Program-made: the position numbers and the translations under genes
Shown here: positions 61,699 through 64,000 of the stretch, piece by piece
How the letters are laid out: each line of letters opens with the position of its first letter
Numbering within the stretch: position 1 is the first letter of the stretch
Assembly: GCA_963749155.1 (NCBI GenBank)
Contig: CAVVLO010000002.1
Coordinates: 896,001 to 960,000, forward strand
DNA: 64,000 bases
Source of the DNA: an uncultured Armatimonadia bacterium
GTDB taxonomy: Bacteria; Armatimonadota; Zipacnadia; CAVVLO01
Direction of reading: 5' to 3'
The notes under the pieces: generated by a model
Seen by the model: only the letters and a program-made list of their open reading frames with translations
What the model was told of the DNA's origin: nothing
Database searches by the model: none

Positions 61699-63900
61699 TT
61701 GGAACTTACTCGCACTGCTTTGCAGGTCCTGGACAAGCGCTATCTACGTATTAAAGACGGCCATAAAGAAACCCCTGAAGAGCTCTTTCAGCGCGTCGCC
61801 AGCGCTATTGGCAAGGTGTTGGTGGAGCGCGGCGATGCCGATGCGACTGCCAAGACCAGTGAATTCTACCGGCTGATGACCTCGCTCGAATTCCTGCCCA
61901 ACACGCCAACCCTCGTGAACGCTGGCACCGAACTTGGTCAGCTCTCAGCCTGCTTCGTGCTCCCTATAGAGGACTCACTCGAGAGCATTTTCGACACTCT
62001 CAAGCACGCCGCAATCATCCACAAGAGCGGTGGTGGCACAGGTTTCGCCTTCTCGCGTCTGCGCCCGGGCGGCGATATTGTGCAAACCAGCAGCGGCATC
62101 TCCAGCGGGCCTGTCTCCTTTATGAAGGTCTATAACGCCGCCACCGAGCAGATAAAACAGGGTGGGGTGCGCAGAGGTGCCAATATGGGCATCCTTCATG
62201 TCTCGCATCCGGACATTGAAGAGTTTATCTCTTGCAAGCGCAACGATGCCGAACTCAACAATTTCAATATCTCGGTCGCCTTGTCAGACGAATTTATGCA
62301 GGCTCGGGCCGAAGGACGCGCCTTCGACCTGATAAATCCTCGCGATGACAAAGCCGTTGCCCAGCTGGATGCGTCCTCACTCTTCGACAAGATTGCCGAA
62401 AATGCCTGGGCCTCAGGCGATCCTGGCGTTGTGTATCTCGACACCATCAACAAGACCCATCCTCTCAAGTCTGAGCTTGTCGAATCGACTAACCCCTGTG
62501 GCGAGCAACCGTTGCTCCCCTACGAATCCTGCAACCTGGGCTCAATCAATGTGAGCAAGTTCGTGACTGGGGGCGTCGTCCACTGGGAGCGCCTCGCGCA
62601 GGCGGTTCACAGCGCGGTAGAGTTCCTCGACTGTGTCATTGATGCCAACTCCTATCCGCTGCCCGAGATAGACGAGAAGTCGCGCGCAAGCCGCAAGATA
62701 GGCCTTGGCGTGATGGGTTTTGCTGATGCGCTCATCGAACTCGGGCTCGAATATGGCAGTCAGGAGTCCTTCGCCTTTGGCGCCGAACTGATGCAGTTCG
62801 TTACAGTAGAATCAGTCAAGGCCTCGAGCGCGCTTGCCGAGCGGCTTGGTTGCTTCCCCAAATGGGCCGAGTCCACCTGGGCTGATAAGGGCATCAAGAT
62901 ACGCAACGCCACGACGACCACTATCGCGCCGACAGGTTCGCTCTCCATCCTGGCCGGTTGCAGCAGCGGGATCGAGCCTCTCTTCGCGGTCGTCTATACG
63001 CGCAATATCCTTGGTGGAGAAAAGTTTTACGAGGTGCATCCCCTCTTCGAGCGCAAGGCCAGGCAAGGCGGGTATTTCTCCGACGATTTGATAACGCGCA
63101 TCGCCGAAGGCGACTCTCACGAGTTGAGCGAGTATCTCGAGATCCCCTCTGAGGACGCGACCCTCTTTGTCACCGCGCACGGGTTGAACCACGAACAGCA
63201 CCTCAGGATGCAGGCGGCCTTCCAGAAGCACACCCATAATGCGGTCTCGAAGACCATAAATATGCCCCAGGAAGCCACAGTTGAAGATGTCAAACAGGCT
63301 TACCTGATGGCCTGGGAGCTAGGTTGCAAGGGCGTGACCGTCTACCGAGATCACAGCAAGGGCGCCCAGGTGCTCGAGACTGGTCACGGAGCCACCAAGA
63401 GCGAGCCAGCCGCAGAACCTACCGTCACAGAGGCTTCGGCCAGTTATAAGCGTCCCCCTGTGCTGACCGGCAAGACCTATCGTATGCAAACTGGCTGCGG
63501 CTATCTCTACGTCACCATCAACCAGCGCGAAGACCACGCCTTCGAGGTGTTCCTCTCACTTGGCAAGTCAGGCGGTTGTCCCGCCTCACAGCTCGAAGCG
63601 GTCGGCCGACTGCTTTCGGCCTCTCTAAGAGCTGGTGTGCCTCTTGGATTGCTGATGAAACAGCTCAAGGGTATCCGCTGCCCCCGCCCTGTGTGGGTAG
63701 AGGGCGGCAAGCAAGTGCTCTCCTGTGCGGATGCCATCGGTATCGCGATGGCGGCGCACCTTGGTCAGAACGGCGATTCGATGAAGACCGTGGGGGGCAA
63801 AGCCGAGCCCGCACTGCCCTGTCCTGAGTGCGGTTCTCCAATGGAACTCTCAGAAGGGTGCAGCGTCTGCCCAAGCTGTGGTTACTCCACCTGCGGATAG
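61699..63900 (+). CDS. nrdJ: Class II (adenosylcobalamin-dependent) ribonucleotide reductase with TSCPD domain and C-terminal zinc ribbon
   Basis: PNTPTLVNAG, LSACF, QGGVRRGANM, TNPCGEQPL, CNLGS, TIAPTG, KGVTVYRD, TGCG, SCADAI, CPEC..CPSC; TTG start after GGGGGAG. Confidence 0.93.
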   Translation: MELTRTALQVLDKRYLRIKDGHKETPEELFQRVASAIGKVLVERGDADATAKTSEFYRLMTSLEFLPNTPTLVNAGTELGQLSACFVLPIEDSLESIFDTLKHAAIIHKSGGGTGFAFSRLRPGGDIVQTSSGISSGPVSFMKVYNAATEQIKQGGVRRGANMGILHVSHPDIEEFISCKRNDAELNNFNISVALSDEFMQARAEGRAFDLINPRDDKAVAQLDASSLFDKIAENAWASGDPGVVYLDTINKTHPLKSELVESTNPCGEQPLLPYESCNLGSINVSKFVTGGVVHWERLAQAVHSAVEFLDCVIDANSYPLPEIDEKSRASRKIGLGVMGFADALIELGLEYGSQESFAFGAELMQFVTVESVKASSALAERLGCFPKWAESTWADKGIKIRNATTTTIAPTGSLSILAGCSSGIEPLFAVVYTRNILGGEKFYEVHPLFERKARQGGYFSDDLITRIAEGDSHELSEYLEIPSEDATLFVTAHGLNHEQHLRMQAAFQKHTHNAVSKTINMPQEATVEDVKQAYLMAWELGCKGVTVYRDHSKGAQVLETGHGATKSEPAAEPTVTEASASYKRPPVLTGKTYRMQTGCGYLYVTINQREDHAFEVFLSLGKSGGCPASQLEAVGRLLSASLRAGVPLGLLMKQLKGIRCPRPVWVEGGKQVLSCADAIGIAMAAHLGQNGDSMKTVGGKAEPALPCPECGSPMELSEGCSVCPSCGYSTCG

Positions 63901-63961
63901 GGAACTCTGGCGTCTGGCATGGTATTATATTAGACACATTACAACTTCAGGAGGGACCAAA

Positions 63962-64000
63962 ATGGCCGTCTGGAAATGCGACAAGTGCAGTGAGACCAAA
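63962..64000 (+). CDS. Small rubredoxin-like (RCKP-type) protein, truncated by the window end
   Basis: AGGAGG RBS, then MAVWKCDKCSETK; only 13 codons are visible. Confidence 0.6.
   Translation, partial: MAVWKCDKCSETK

Noticed and set aside
61699..63900. Intein or cobalamin riboswitch associated with nrdJ
   Set aside because: The TNPCGEQ region is uninterrupted, the length is normal, and the upstream intergenic region is under 100 nt.
1..64000. CRISPR arrays, tRNA/rRNA genes, IS elements, prophage, defence systems
   Set aside because: No spaced repeats, cloverleafs, transposase, integrase or capsid motifs were seen; intergenic gaps are short and mostly explained.

Overview
64 kb of GC-rich bacterial chromosome, most likely Armatimonadota or a relative (inferred from the DUF1559-type pilin N-termini and a DUF6785-like membrane protein). 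Bases 1-21.2 kb (minus strand) hold a type IV pilus locus: pilB-pilT-pilC-pilD followed by five prepilin-like genes, three of them unusually large (515, 534, 898 aa), a 1,703-aa exported PilY1-like protein, and a >1,080-aa exported protein that runs off the left edge and is mostly missing from the ORF track. Several of these proteins share a repeated module resembling phage-tail proteins and carry Ca-binding loops, and the cassette is preceded by a SigB/SigF-type promoter match. This cassette is the best candidate for an undescribed system. Bases 21-43.6 kb are mostly housekeeping genes (aroE, yqeG, U32, mltG, ruvX, alaS, rarA, holB, tmk, degP), plus a 6S RNA upstream of an rsbV-rsbW-sigma module and a sugar ABC transporter. 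Bases 43.8-59 kb are carbohydrate-catabolism genes (large clan GH-A enzyme, GH36-like enzyme, FAD oxidoreductase, DUF6785-like transporter, two Gfo/Idh/MocA, MFS). The window ends with MBL/Eis/lipoprotein genes and class II ribonucleotide reductase with NrdR-like boxes. Eight genes are broken by single-base indels (seven +1, one -1), which most likely are sequencing errors. I saw no CRISPR array, rRNA, tRNA or mobile element. All family assignments come from motif recognition, not database searches.
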